A stretch of DNA of 64,000 nt, from assembly GCA_051294375.1 (NCBI GenBank), contig JBJCIZ010000239.1:3463828-3527827 (forward strand). Direction: 5' to 3'. This stretch comes from Paraspadella gotoi. Taxonomy: Eukaryota > Animalia > Chaetognatha. The notes beneath the pieces were generated by a model. That model did not search any database. It saw nothing but the letters and a program-made list of their open reading frames with translations, and was not told the DNA's origin. Shown here in pieces: positions 49,501-64,000 of the stretch. A program made the translations under genes and the position numbers. Position 1 is the first letter of the stretch; each line of letters starts with the position of its first letter.

Positions 49501-52500
49501 ATTACACGATGTATTTTTAGCGTTATTTATAAAAAAAAATGAATTTTGACTCCATTCCAATAATTTTAATCTGGTAGCTTATGCTTTTCTGTTATTGACC
49601 CAGTATTAAAAAAAAATTGACCAAGTTTCTGTCTATGACTTTACAAAAAAAAAAAGGCAATGGCCTAGTTGTAAATGTTAGGTACATAATTAATAATATT
49701 TATTCGTGATTTTCATTTGCCAAGTTCTGTCTATGACTAAAAAAAATTGCCAATTGTAATATTTATTTTATATATTTATTTATTTATTATGATAATATTT
49801 ACTCGTGATTTTTCAATTTGCTGTGTCCGCGATTGATCCTTAATCGGTGTTAATTTTATAATTTAATCTTTTTCTTTTTTAGTTCTATTAGCGGCAATTA
49901 GTCTCGCGTCCAAATGCTCATTTATGTCGTTTAATCGTCAAATTGTTTTCTTTTATCGTTTTAATCGCGCATTTTATCGTCTTAACTCTCAAAACGTTCT
50001 TTTATTTCGAACTAAAAAAAAAAAAAGAGAAATTATGGCTCACGTGGTTGGCGTAGGGCCAGACAGAATTCCGGAAAATATTGATCCGTCTCACCACCAC
50101 TGGTTTCTTATTGCTTGGATTTGACGAAGTCATTCATGAGGTCGTCGAAAAATCTATCGGAAGTTCGCAGGGAAAAACAATTTTTTTTGTGTTGGGGGAG
50201 TCAAATTGCGGTCAATCGATATCGCAAAGCGCATTTCCGGGTCATCCGGGGGTCTTTTTGAGGATCGCTGGGAACGTCAGGAACGGCGGTTCGGGGCCCA
50301 TCGTGGGATTGTTTGGATGGAGTCAATGTTTTGCCTCATTTGAAGGCATTTAGGGGAAAACTTGTTCGTTGGCGAGGTTCAATTGTACAATGTTCGTTAA
50401 CTTTGCATATTTTTTTTTTTTTTTTTTGCCGAGTTTCAGCTCTGTAGTACGAATTGTGCTCGATCATGTACTAATTTTTCTTTATATAGTCCGTAAATTA
50501 TTGTAACCGTTTCTCAATCTTTCCCAAAACACAAAGGAACTTACTTTATTTAGATACTTAATTTATCTAATTTTATAATAATACTTTCTCATTATTAAAT
50601 TCAAAGATTAAATATATGCCGGTTTTAAAGTAATTTTTTAAAAATTAATTTCTGAACGAAGAACTCTAAAATGCAAAGAGCGAAACAAATGTCCGGACTA
50701 AATATAAGCTGTTCAACTAAAATTCGTCGTAGATAAATCAAAAACGGGTTCTTTTTTCCGTAAATTTCGTAAACGCAACCGAAAAGAAAGTAAATATATA
50801 ATTAATCCTAAAATAACACCTTTTTTCGTATCTTGACGTTTTTGTCCAAAATCGTTCCTTCCGTGGATTCGTCATGACGCCTGTTTCTTCGCTTGGGAGC
50901 CACGCGAACTGTCTGAAGGGAGAGAGAGGGAGTGAAGAGAAACGAAAGAAACGAGACAGAGAGAGAGGGGGGGGAGAAAGGAGGAAGGGCGGGAGGAAAA
51001 AGGGCGATGGAGAGGAGAGGAATTGTGGGGCAAAAGAAGGGAGAGCAAAATTGGAGAGAGACAGAAAAGAGAGAGAGAAGGGAGTGATAGAAATAATTAG
51101 GGAGAAAGAAAAGAAAGCACAAGCACTGGTCGCCATGGGCGTTGGAATAGAAGGGAGCCAAGTACTAATTGTACGAGAGAGAGAGAGAGGATGAGAGAGA
51201 GAGAAATGCAGCGTTCTCCATTTACAATTTTTAAGAAACTGAAACTTTTTGCGTTCACATACAGGGAAAATAACAATCAACAACAAATCAAAAACAACCA
51301 ACAACAAACAACAACCTGACGACGAGCATTGATGTTTGTTGGGATAAGCGTCGTCTTCGAGAGAGATGCGGCTTCTGCAGCGTTCGTCGCGGAATCTTCT
51401 GCTCGCCTTTGGTTCGCGAGTTTGATGTTCCAAAAACTCGGCATTGCTGAATTGGATCGGCGAAGAGAGAACAGGGGGGGAAGGCCAAAGTCAAAAGCTT
51501 ATTTAGTAACTCACTAAATTTAGATTTCGGATACTCCGTGTATGAAAAAACTAAACGTAGTAATTTTTTTGACAACTATTTCGAATTAAAAGGTTTTTCT
51601 TGCAATTCACTTATTCCTTTTTTTTTAAAATTTAAGCCAAAGGAAAATTCACTTTTATCCCCGGCTACTACAATTTCACGCAAAGGCATCTTTAACCTTT
51701 CGTAGCCTTCGCTTTCCTCCTTTCGAACAAACGCGGACGAGCCTTTTCGGCACTCACTTGCCCTCGTCGTTCCCGCGAAAAATTCCCAGGCTTCCCTTCA
51801 GCGTCCCCAAGTTGGCGTTCCGCTCTCTTCCTCGGCCATGACGGAAGAGAGGAAGTTGAGATGCTCGACTCTGGAGGAGTCGGAGGGGGGGGGAGATGAG
51901 ATTGATGTGAGAGAGAGAGAATGAAGTGAAGAGATAGAGTGAGAGAGAGAGTGAGAGAGAGAGAGAGAGAGAGACGAGAGAAGAGAGAGAGAAGAGAAAT
52001 GAGAGAGAGAGAGAGAGGAGGAGTGAACTACCTACGGGCGTTCGAGGATGAAAACAGCCTGTGATTATTAGTGTTATTAAGTTATTAGTTATAGTGTTAT
52101 TAGTATTATTACGCGACTAAATAACATACCCGTCCGGAAGTAAAGCGGATCTCGCCTGAAGTTAGCGACGAGCGTGTCGACCTCCTCGAGCTTTGGCGAG
52201 TCCGATGAGACCGACCGACTCTCGGTGAGGGATCACCCGCCGTCAAGCGCGGGGTCGTCCGCGCAATTTCGTCGCTGTTGATCAGTTCCTTTTGGTTTTT
52301 TAAGGGGATGGGGAGGTAAAAGTGAAATTAATTTTTTTTTAAGGGGCTCTTTAATAACTTGATAAATATAAAAAAAACGATGATTCGGAAATCGCGTTTT
52401 ATCGCGGGTAGTATTCGTGGATATTTCACCATTTAAAACAGATTCAGAATTCGGCCAAAATAAATTTATTTAAAATCGAAACTGATTAAAATATATAATG

Positions 52501-55500
52501 GTACTTTGATTCTATTCTATTTAAAAAAAAAACAAAAAACAAAACTTGTATTTGAAAAATATGTAAAATGAAAAAAAAAAAAATTAGGTTACTCTTGTCA
52601 ACCTACTTCATATTCAGTGCTTTCCTCTTTTAATAACAAGAGTTATAAAAAATTTAAACCTTATAATCAGATATTACCACAAAAAATCTTTTAAATTTTA
52701 TTTTTGCCCGCCTCCCCAAAAATTAAGTAATTTTCAATAATATTGTTTAAAAAAATATCCAATAATCCATTTATTCGACAAATTGAACTTTCTTGCCCTA
52801 GACTATCTTAAACAGGCTACCCGCGGAACGTATAGAACAATCCCCAAGTGCTCACATTATAACTCCTGTAATCTACTCTAATCTACTGTACACTTAATCT
52901 ACTCTATTCTAATCTACTCTAATCTACTCCATCACCGCTTCTCTTTCTTCGCAATGCACACCTGCAAATAAACCTCCCAATAAAGGCAAACTCGAGCTCA
53001 TCCGCCGCCGCCTCGCTGATTTTGACGCCTCACATTATACTCCTGTATCTACTCTAATCTACTCCACACTAATCTTACTCTATTCTAATCACTCTAAATC
53101 TACTTCCCCCACCGCTTCATCTCTTCGCAACGCAACACCTGCAAATAACACCTCCCGTTATAAGCGCTTGAGGCTCGTCCGCCGCAGCCTCCCGCTGAGG
53201 ACGCCCTCCAGGATCGAGGAGCTGGCGTCGGCCGCGTCGACGATCTTCAACGCCGGGCGAAGTTTGGTCGAGCGGCGGACGAAGGACTCGGGCTTCGCGT
53301 GCGTCAACGATGGAGACCCACGGAATCCGAAATCGAGGCTGAAGCAGTTGAGTCGTCGTCGTCTCGTTGTAGGGCCGGTTGCTGAATGAGGGGGGGGAGG
53401 AGCGGTGTCTCGGAATATGTCGTTATGGGAAAAAAAAACAACTAATATTAATAAAGCATTCGTGAAATTAGTGAAATGAAAATAATAACGAAAAAACGAA
53501 GTTTGAAAGATAAGAGAAAATAATCTCGTGCCTGCTACAATATGCAAATGAGATTTAATGGGTTGGAGTTAGGGGGAGGGAGGGGAGGGGGGAAGACGAG
53601 GTCTGGGTAATATCCGTAAAAAGTGACAACCAAAAATCGTCTCGAACCCGTTAACAGGACCCGAAATTCCCATCTATGACCTCTGATGACCTCAGTGATG
53701 ATGACCTCACAAAAAAAATTCCCCCATCGCCTCCAAGAAGGACAGTCACGTGACCCCAAACGACCTCAAATCGTGAGAGGGTCGGTCGTCTCTTTCCAAA
53801 CGCAATTCGGGAATTTAACTCGACGAGACCGCGCAAAGCGTCTCTCCGCGTTAGAAGGAATTCGGAGGAGCTCTAAAAAAAAACAAAAAAAAAATAAAAA
53901 TAATAAATTCATTAGGGAAAGAAAAAACAAATTACTCGATATAAAAAAATATTTGATTCATTGATAGTGGAAGCCGGGTCTCTGGGGAGTGAATAAACGG
54001 AGACTGTGAGAGAGTCTTTGATTGAAAGCTTGCAGGGAGTTGCTACGTCGTTATCTGTAAGAGTATGGAGGCCTTAAACGCACCCAAAGCCTGTCCCAAA
54101 GTCGGGGGGAAGATAGCTATTTATAAGTGAATGGATAATTATTATATTGGTAGCACCAATTTTTTTTAAACACATAACGACATAAAAAACATACAGCACA
54201 CAATACAATTCATAACAAACATAGAAAAAATACGTGAAATGAAATAACAGCGAAGAAAAACCAATTACAAAAAAAACAACAAAAAAAAAAACAAAAAATT
54301 TCCGAGTAGCGACAACGCAGACCAACGATAACAATAACAACGGTCAGCAAGGGAAACCAAACAACGACAACGACAACAACGACGACAGCGTAATGGACTT
54401 TTTAAAGCGTGAAGCACGTGTCGACGTGAGGCAGGGCCTCGAACGCCGCCGTGGAATCTTGTGACGACGAAAGGCTGCGAAGTTTGTGTCTTGAAAGAAG
54501 AGTCCCGGAGAAAGACGGAGTTTGATGGCCGTTGGTCCTGATGATTCCATTTTAATGAATGAATGAATGGAATGAAATGATGATGAATGATGAAAAAATA
54601 AATAAATAAATTTACTTCAAAGAATGGAAATTATTTATCTTAATTAATTATTTAATTAAAAAATGAAATAAATATTAAACGAACGAAAAAGAGAGACGAA
54701 CACGAAAAACTTCACATTGGAATCTGTGGTTGTTCGAGGTGTTCGGAAAATGCCGAAGAAGCCACGCCTCCCACTTGCGCCGTCGACGACCTTGTCCCGG
54801 CGGCGAATCGTTGGAAAAGGAGGGGGCGAAAAGGCCTCGATTCCTCTCTTCATTTGTTGGAGAATGTCTCGGTTGGCTATCAAGTCTTTCCCTCCGCTCC
54901 CTAAGGGTTTTTTTCGGAGGTTGCGTGAGGAGGGGGGGGAATGGTGGTAAAAGAAGACGAGGGAAGGGGAATGAGAAAAAAAAAAAAGCAAGGGAAGGGG
55001 AAATAGAAAAGAGCAGGAAGGGGAAATGAGAGACAGAAAAAAAGAGCAAGGGAAGGGAATGAGAAAAAGAAAAAAAAGAGCATGGGAAGGGGAATGTGAA
55101 AAAGAAAAAAAGAGCAAGGGAAGGGGAATGGAGAAAAAAAGAAAAAAGAAGCAAGAAAGGGGAATAAGAAAAGAACAAGGGAAGGGGAAACTGAGATTAA
55201 AGAAAAAGGGCAAAAGGGAGGGGAATGGAAAAAGAAAAAAAAGAATGGGAAATGGGGAAATTTGTGAAAAGAAAAAAAAGAGAAAAAAAGGGAGGGAATG
55301 GAAAAAAAAGAAAAAAAAAGAGCAAGGGAAGGGGAATAAGAAAAAGACAAGGGAAGGGGAATGAGAAGAAAGAAAAAAGCGCAAAGGGAGGGGAATGAGA
55401 GAAAAGAAAAAAAAGAGCATGGAAGGAATGAGAAAAAGAAAGAGCAAGGGGAAGGGAATAAGAAAAAGAAAAAAAGAGGAGCATGGAAGGGATGAGAAAA

Positions 55501-56045
55501 AAAAGAGCAGGGGAAAGGAGAATGAGAAAAGAAAAAGAGCAAAGGGAAGGGGAATGGAGAGAAAAGAAAAAAAAGAGCAAGGGGAGGGAATGAGAAAAGA
55601 AAAAAAAAAAGAGGCACGGGAAGGGGGAATAAAGAAAAAGAAAAAAAAAAGAGCAAGGGAAGGGGAATAAGAAAAAGAAAAAAAAAAGCAAGGGAAGGGG
55701 AAAAGAAAAAGACAAAAAGAGCAAGGGAAGGGGAAATAAAAAGAAAAAAAGAAGCAAGGGAAAAGGGAATAAGAAAAAGAAAAAAAGAGCAAGGGAAGGG
55801 GGAAATGAGAAGAAAAAGAGCAAGAGGGAAGGGAATGAAAAGAAAAGAGCGGCAAAAGGGAAGGAAAGGAAAAAAAAAAAAAAAAGCAAAAGGGGAAGGA
55901 GATGAGAGAAGAAAAAGAGGCAAGAAGGGGAAGGAAATCGAAGAGAAAGAAAAAAAGAGCAAGGAGGAGAATTGAGAAAAAAAAAAGAGCAAGGGAAGAG
56001 GGATGAGAAAAAGAAAAAGAGCAAGGGAAGGGGAATAAGAAAAAG
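46578..56045 (-). other. Second copy of the ~9.5-kb CFAP61 N-terminal exon block (probable assembly duplication)
   Basis: Colinear with ~37120-46552; 54300-56045 appears identical to 44807-46552 (offset 9493), the rest differs by scattered indels; 25-N gaps on both sides. Confidence 0.85.
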
Positions 56046-56070
56046 NNNNNNNNNNNNNNNNNNNNNNNNN

Positions 56071-56779
56071 ATCTATATAAATTTCTGTCTTTTTTCCCCT
56101 TTTTTTTTAGACTATCCGTTTTGCTTTATTATATTTATTTCTTTATATTTCCTCTGCTTTGTTCTTCATATTTTTTTAAAACTTTTTATTTTTATCATAA
56201 TTTTTTTTTTAAATCGCATTTTTTTATGTCCCTGTTTTTTTTTTCTCTTCTTTCTTTTTTTCCCTTTTTCTTCCTTCATACTATTTCCTTTTTTTTTGGG
56301 GGGGGGGTATGTAATCTTTCCTCTTTTTTTTCTTTCTTTTTCTTTTCCTTCTTTTTTCTCCTTTCCTTCCTCCTTCCTCCCTCTTTACCCTCCTTTTCCT
56401 CCTCTTCCTTCTCTTCTCTTTCCTCCGCGTTCTTATTGACGTTCAAAAAGTCTTTATTTTTCGTTGGTTCTCTGTCGAATCAACGAAGAAACTTGTCAAA
56501 TGTAACTTGTGACCTTATAAAATTATAAAACTCGTAAAATGTAACTTGTGACCTTATAAAATTATAAAACTCGTAAAATGTAACTTGTGACCTTATAAAA
56601 TTATAAAACTCGTAAAATGTAACTTGTAACTTAAAAAAATTATAAAACTCGTAAAAAGTAACTTATAAAATTATAAAACTCGTAAAATGTACCCAACCTA
56701 ATTTTTACATTAAAAATTCAGTTAATTCTCTTTCTCCTCTCTCTTCTCTCTCTTCTCTCTCTTCTTCCTCTCTCTCTCG

Positions 56780-56816
<37 letters not shown>

Positions 56817-59800
56817 TCCTCCTTCTCTCCTCTCTCTCTCTCTCTGCTGCCTTCTGAGGACCGATGTTAATTGTAACTAATTGTTGAATCCTTGAAAATA
56901 AAAAAACAAACTCGTTGTCTGAAAATAAACAAAAATTAAACAATTTCGCTTAATTCTACTGTAAATAATTTAACAAAATATAAAAGTTAAAAGCATTATC
57001 AAGTAGTCGGACATTTTGGGACAGTTGAGCATGCTGCCGCGCTCGTTATCGTTGGCCGTAAACTCTCCCAGGTGAGGATAGAAGCTGCTGCAAATGCTGT
57101 GGCGGGAATCTTCCTCGATCAACTCGAGTTTCTGAAGGTGAGGAGAGGTGAGGGGCGAGTGAGAGGAAAAAAATTAGGTCGCGTTCAACGTGTTTGCGAC
57201 GCAGACGGTTTCTTTTTTTCACGTGGATTCCCTGGCATTGGACCAACCGCCGACCGGACCGATCACGCGATCGCCGATCCGCGACCGACGCGACACCGAG
57301 CCGAACGCCGCGACCGACCGAACCGACGCGACCGACCGACCGACCGACCGACCGTCGAAAAGTGAATTATAGAGTTGCTCAAAGAGTTCTCGTGACGCAA
57401 CTAAAAATAAGTGAGCGGCAGAAAGAGAGAGTTATTAAAGATAACAAGAGAAAGAAGAGATGGAGAGAGAGAGAGAGAGAGAGTAAAATGTTAGTTTCGA
57501 GGAAAACCTTCATGCCTGGTTCTAAGCCCAGCACCCGTTCCCTAGTTACTAGATGGGGTAAAAGAAGTTATGGACATTCATCTTCAGCCGACTAAGCGCT
57601 TTATCCGTAGCACAGAAGAATCGATTTAACAAGTAATTAAAATGTGTTGGCGTCGCACTGACTGCCTTATACTAATATTTCTTGTGACATGACATGACAT
57701 TACATGATACAACGATGCATGACATGCGCTAGCAGACACTGAAATTTGAGTTGTTTTTTTTTTTTTATTCTATCTTAACCAAATGAGCAATCATCAACTA
57801 TAGGCCAAATTATACGCATTTTTTAACGTACAGACATACCGACCGACGGACCGACCGACCGAAAAGTGGTCTCATAGTAGAAAAAAGTATAATTTGACGC
57901 ACCGAATCGTCGTCGTCGTCGCTTCCGTTCACTTGACCCACGAGATCCGATCTAAAGAAAAATCCAAAACATTTTAAACGAATCTTAAATTCGGACGAGT
58001 TCGATTTGGACGCCGAGGACGGACCATCACGGCCGTTTTTTTCCCCAGAACGCCCCCCGCCCACCTTTTTTTTATCTTAAATTCTAAAAATTAGGACTTG
58101 GGTTAAATTCTTTTAGTTTTAAAGAAAAAAAATTATTATTCCATCTTACGCTTCCTCCACGGTCGGTCATTTTGTTTAAAAATCAATCGTTATTTTAATC
58201 AATATATTACGCTCATCAATTTTTTTGTTCGGCGATATTTTCTGTCTTCTCACGTTAGTCGGGTCTTGAAAGTAATTTTTTTTCCCAGTTGGGATTTTGA
58301 ATTCGAGGAGAAAGATTTTCAATGTATTTAAAATAAAGTATATCAATTACACGATGTATTTTTAGCGTTATTTATAAAAAAAAATGAATTTTGATCCATT
58401 CCAATAATTTTAATCTGGTACTTATGCTTTTCTGTTTATGACCAGTATTAAAAAAAAAAATTGACAAGTTTCTGTCTATGACTTTACAAAAAAAAAAGGC
58501 AATGGCCTAGTGTAAATGTTAGGTAGCATAAAGATAATATTTACTCGTGATTTTCATTTGCCAAGTTTCTGTCTATGACTAAAAAAAATTGCCAATGGTA
58601 ATATTTATTTATATATTTATTTATTTATTTATTTATGATAATATTTACTCGTGATTTTTTCAATTTGCTGTGTCCGCGATTGATCCTTAATCGTTTAATT
58701 TTATAAATTATCTTTTTAATTTTTAGTTCTATTAGCGCAATTAGTCTCGCTCAATGCTCATTTATCGTTTTAATATCAAATTTTTTCTTTTATCGTTTTA
58801 TCTTTTTATCGTCTTAACTCTCAAAACGTTTCTTTTATTTCAGACTAAAAAAAAAAAAAAGAAAAGAAATTATGCTCACGGGTTGGCGTAGGCGACGAAA
58901 TCGAAAAATTGATCCGTCGTCACCACAACTGGTTTCTTATGCTTTGATTTTGACGAGTCTTGATTCATGAGGTCGTCGAAAATCTATCGGAGTCGCAGGG
59001 AAAAACATTTTTTTTTTTGGGGGGAGTCATTGCGCGTCAATCGATCGCAAAGCGCATTTCCGGGTCATCCGGGGGTCGTTGAGGGATCGTGGAACGGTCA
59101 GGAACGGCGGTTCGGGGCCATCGTGGGATTGTTTGGATGGAGTCAATGTTTTGCCTCATTTGAAGGCATTAGGGGAAAAACTGTCGTTGCGAGGTCAATT
59201 GTACAATGTTCGTTAGACTTTGCCATATTTTTTTTTTTTTTTTTTTTTGCCGAGTTTAGCTCTGTAGTACGAATTGTGCTCCGATCATGTACTAATTTTT
59301 TTTTATATAGTCCGTAAAATTAATTGTAACCGTTCTCATCTTCAAAATCACAAAGAATACTTTATTTTAGATACCTTATTTATCTAATTTTATATAATAC
59401 TTTCTTCATTATTAAATTTTCAAAGATTAAAATTATGCCGATTTTTAAGTAATTTTTTAAAAATTAATCCTGACGAAGACTCTAAATGCAAAGAGTCGAA
59501 ACATGTCCGACTAATAAGCTGTCAACTAAATTCGTCGTAGATAAATCAAAAACGGTTCTTTTTTCCTAAATTCGTAAACGCAACGAAAAAGAAAGTAAAT
59601 ATATAAATTAATCCTAAATAACGACCTTTTTCGATATCTTGACGTTTTTGTCCAAAATCGTTCCTTCGTGAATCGTCATGACGCTGTTCTTTCGCTTGGG
59701 AGCCACGCGACGTCTGAAGGGAGAGAGAGGGAGTGAAAGAGAAACAGAAAGGAAACGAGACAGAGAGAGAAAGGAAAGGAGGAAGGCGGGAGGAAAAGGG

Positions 59801-59891
59801 GCGATGAGAGAGAGGAATTGTGGGCAAAGAGGGAGAGCAAATGAGAGAGACAGAAAGAGAGAGAGAGGGAGTGATAGAAAAATTAGGGGAA

Positions 59892-59934
<43 letters not shown>

Positions 59935-60640
59935 CAGCGCTTCTATTTACAATTTTTAAGAAACTGAAACTTTTTGCGTTCACATCACAGGAAATAACAT
60001 CAACAACAACATCAAAAACAACAACAACAACAACAACCTGACGACGAGCATGATGTTGTTGGGATAGGCGTCGTCTTCGAGAGAGATGCGGCTCTGCAGC
60101 GTCGTCGCGGAATCTCTGCTCGATTTGGGTTCGCGAGTGTTGATGTTCCAAAAACTCGGCATTCTGATTGGAAGGCGAAGGAGACAGGGGGGGGGAAGGC
60201 CAAGTCAAAAGCTTATTTAGTACTCACTAAATTAGATTTCGGATACCGTGTATGAAAAAACTAAACGTTAGTAATTTTTTGAACTATTCGAAATAAAAGG
60301 TTTTTTCGCAATTCACTTATCCTTTTTTTAAAATTTAAGCCAAAGAAAATTCACTTTTATCCCCGGCTACTACAATTTCACGAAGGCATCTTTAACTTTC
60401 GTAGCCTCGCTTCCTCCTTCGAACAAACGCGGACGAGCCTTTTCGCACTCACTTGCCCTCGTCGTCCCGCGAAAATCCCAAGGCTTCCTTCAGCGTCCCC
60501 AAGTTGGCGTCGCTCTCTTCCTCGGCCGATTGACGGAGGAGGAAGTTGAGATGCTCGACTCTGGAGGAGTCGGAGGGGGGCGGGGGAGATGAGATGATGT
60601 GAGAGAGAGAGAGAGAGAGTGAGAGAGATAGAGTGAGAGA

Positions 60641-60696
<56 letters not shown>

Positions 60697-63600
60697 AAAT
60701 GAGAGAGAGAGAGAGATGAACTACTACGGCGTTCGAGGATGAAACAGCCTGGTGATATTAGTGTTATTAGTTATTAGTTATTAGTGTTATTAGTATTATT
60801 ACGCGACTAAATAACATCCCGTCCGGAAGTAAAGCGGATCTCGCCTGAAGTTAGCGACGAGCGTGTCGACCTCCTCCAGCTTGGCGAGTCCGATGAGACC
60901 GACCGACTCTCGGGTGATGGGATCCACCGCCGTCAAGCAGGTCGTCCGCGCAATTTCGTCGCTGTTGATCAGTTCCTTTGGTTTTTTTAAGGGGATGGGG
61001 AGGTAAAGTGAATTAATTTTTTTTAAGGGGCTCTTATAACTTGATAAATTAAAAAAAAACGATGATTCGAAATCGCGTTTTATTCGCGGTAGTATTCGTG
61101 ATATTTCACATTTAAAACAGATTCAGATTCGGCCAAAATAAATTTTTAAAATCGAAACTGATAAAATATATAATGGTACTTGATTCTATTCTATTTAAAA
61201 AAAAAAACAAAAACAAACTTGTATTTGAAAAATATGTAAAATGAAAAAAAAAAAAATTAGGTTACTCTTGTCAACCTACTTCATATTCAGTGCTTTCCTT
61301 TTAATAACAAGTAGTTATAAAAAATTTAAACTTATAATCAGATATTACCACAAAAAATCTTTTAAATTTTATTTTTGCCCGCCTCCCCCAAAAATTAAGT
61401 AATTTTCAATAATATTGTTAAAAAAAATTATCCATAATCCATTTATTCGACAAATGAACTTTCTTGCCCTAGACTATCTAAACAGGCTACCGCGGACGTT
61501 AGACAATCCCAAGTGCTCACATTATACTCCTGTAATCTACTCTAATCTACTGTACACTAATCTACTCTATTCTAATCTACTCTAATCTACTCCTCACCGC
61601 TTCTCTCTTCGCAATGCACACCTGCAAATAACACCTCCCATAAAGCAACTCGAGCTCATCCGCCGCCGCCTCGCTGATGACGCCTCACATTATACTCCTG
61701 TAATCTACTCTAATCTACTCCACACTAATCTACTCTATTCTAATCTACTCTAAATCTACTCCCCCCACCGCTTCATCTCTTCGCAACGCACACCTGCAAA
61801 TAACACCTCCCGTAAAGCGACTTGAGCTCGTCCGCCGCAGCCTCGCTGACGACGCCCTCCAGATCGAGGGAGCTGGCGTCGGCCGCGTCGACGATCTTCA
61901 ACGCCGGGCGGAAGTTTGGTCGAGCGGCGACGAAGACTCGGGCTTCGCGTGCGTCAACGATGGAGACCACGGAATCCGAATCGAGGCTGAGCAGTTGAGT
62001 CGTCGTCGTCTCGTTGTAGGGCCGGTTGCTGAATAGGGGGGGGAGGTAAGCGGTGTCTCGGAATATGTCGTTATGGAAAAAAAAACAACTAAATATTAAT
62101 AACGCATTCGTGAAATAGTGAAATGAAAATAATAAGAAAACCGAGTTTGAAAGATAAGAGAAATAATCTCGGCCTGCCTACAATATGCAAATGAGATTAA
62201 TGGGGTTGGAGTAGGGGGAGGGAGGGAGGGGGGAAGAACGAGGTCGGTAATATCCGTAAAAAGTGACATACCGCAAAAATCGTCTCGAACCCGTTAACAG
62301 GACCCGAAATTCCCATCTATGACCTCTGATGACCTCTGATGACCTCTGATGACCTCACAAAAAAATTCCCCCATCGCCTCCAAGGACAGTCACGTGACCC
62401 CAAACGACCTCAAATCGGTGAGAGGGTCGTCGTCCTTCCAAACGCAATTCGGAATTAACTCGACGAGACCCGGCAAAGCGCTCTCCGCGTAGAAGGAATT
62501 CGGAGGAGCTCTAAAAAAAACCAAAAAAACAAAAAAAAAAAAAAAAAAAAAAAAATTTATTCAGTTGGAAAGAAAAAACAAATTACTACGATAAAAAAAT
62601 ATTTGATTCATTGATAGGGAAGCCGGGTGCTTCTGGGAGTGAATAAACGAGACTGTGAGAGAGTCTTTGATTGAAAGCTTGCAGGGAGTTGCTACGTCGT
62701 TATCTTGTAAGAGTGATGGAGGCCTTAAACCACCAAAGCCTGTCCCAAAGTCGGGGGGAAGATAGCTTATTTATTAAGTGAATGGATAATTATTATATTG
62801 GTAGCACCAATTTTTTTTAACAACAACGACATAAACAACATACAATAATATATAACAACAACATAGAAAAAATCGGAAATGAAATAACAGCGAAGAAAAA
62901 CAATACAAAAAACAAAAAAAAAAAAAAAAAAACAAAATTCGAGTAGCGACAACGAAACCAACGAAACAAAAACCAACGGTCAGCAAGGGAAACCAACAAC
63001 GACAACGACAACAACGACGACAGCGTATGGACTTTTGAAAGACGTGAAGCACATAGTCGACGTGAGGCAGGGCCTCGAACGCCGCCGTGAGAATCTTGTG
63101 AACGACGAAAGGCTCGAAGTTGGTGTCTTGAAAGAAGAGTCGGAGAAGACGGAGTTGATGGCCGTTGGTCTGATGGATTCATTTAATGAATGAATGAATG
63201 GAATGAATGAATGAATGAATGAATAAAAATAATAAATAAATTTATCTTCAAAGAATGAAATTATTTATTAATTATTATTTAATTAAAAAATGAATAATAT
63301 TAAACGAACGAAAAAGAGAGACGAAACGAAACTTCACTTGAATCTGTGGTGTTCGAGGTGTTCGGAAAATGCCGGAAGAAGCCACGCCTCCCACTTGGCG
63401 CCGTCGACGACCTTGTCCGGCGGCGAATCGTGGAAAGAGGCGAAGGCCTCGATCTTCATTTTGGAGAAAGTCTCGTTGGCTATCAAGTTTTCCTAAGGGT
63501 TTTTTGGAAGGTGAGGAGGGGGGGGGCATAATGGTGGTAAAAGAGAGAGGGAAGGGGAATGAGAAAAAAGAAAAAAAGAGGCAAGGGAAGGGAATAAGAA

Positions 63601-63830
63601 AAAGAGCATTGGAAGGGGAATGAGAGAAAGAAAAAAAGAGCAAGGGAAGGGAAATGAGAAAAGAAAAAAAAGAGCATGGGAAGGGGAATGTGAAAAGAAA
63701 AAAAAGAGCAAAGGGGAAGGGAAATGAGAAAAAGAAAAAAGAGCAAGGGAAGGGAAATAAGAAAAAGAGACAAGGGAAGGGGAATGAAAAAGAAAAAAAG
63801 AAGCAAGGGAAGGGGAATGAGAAAAAGAGA
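56071..63830 (-). other. Third copy of the CFAP61 N-terminal exon block (probable assembly duplication)
   Basis: Colinear with ~37443-45800; gives the cleanest reading of some exons (61800-62070, 63338-63495). Confidence 0.85.
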
Positions 63831-64000
63831 AAAATAAAAAAAATAGATATTGGATAGGGGATGTTGATTAATATGACTAAAATGCTTAGTATTAGTGGAA
63901 TAGGGGATTGATTGTTTAAATATTTATTCATATAACCGCCCTATAAAAAAGAGCCCCATGGACAGATGGCTGGCTTATATATTGAGAATATATATTGATA

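Overview
Eukaryotic (most likely invertebrate animal) scaffold with short GC-rich exons and AT-rich, microsatellite-rich introns; most entries in the ORF track are repeat artefacts. Three intron-containing genes can be traced by hand. (1) A minus-strand uncharacterised Gln/Met/Pro-rich gene (<54-3808) that runs off the left edge. (2) A plus-strand ankyrin-repeat gene of ANKRD34/63-like architecture (9917-18309, probable last exon inverted at ~22560-22873). (3) A highly divergent minus-strand CFAP61 (C20orf26) gene (24753 to beyond ~63500). A 2-kb block between two 10-N gaps splits an ankyrin exon. It holds an APE/EEP endonuclease ORF interrupted by a TA-targeting MITE whose terminal inverted repeat supplies a 3' splice site, so it could be spliced out in frame (Introner-like). 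Several splice donors are echoed downstream in tandem repeats, many donors are degenerate (G|GTY), and a DINE-1/HINE-like family with variable hairpins is scattered through the introns. The ~9.6-kb inverted duplication (18.4-28.0 kb) and the ~9.5-kb triplication (37-64 kb) both involve exactly 25-N gaps and carry raw-read-type indels, so they are probably gap-filling artefacts. All homology calls come from motif recognition, not from database searches.
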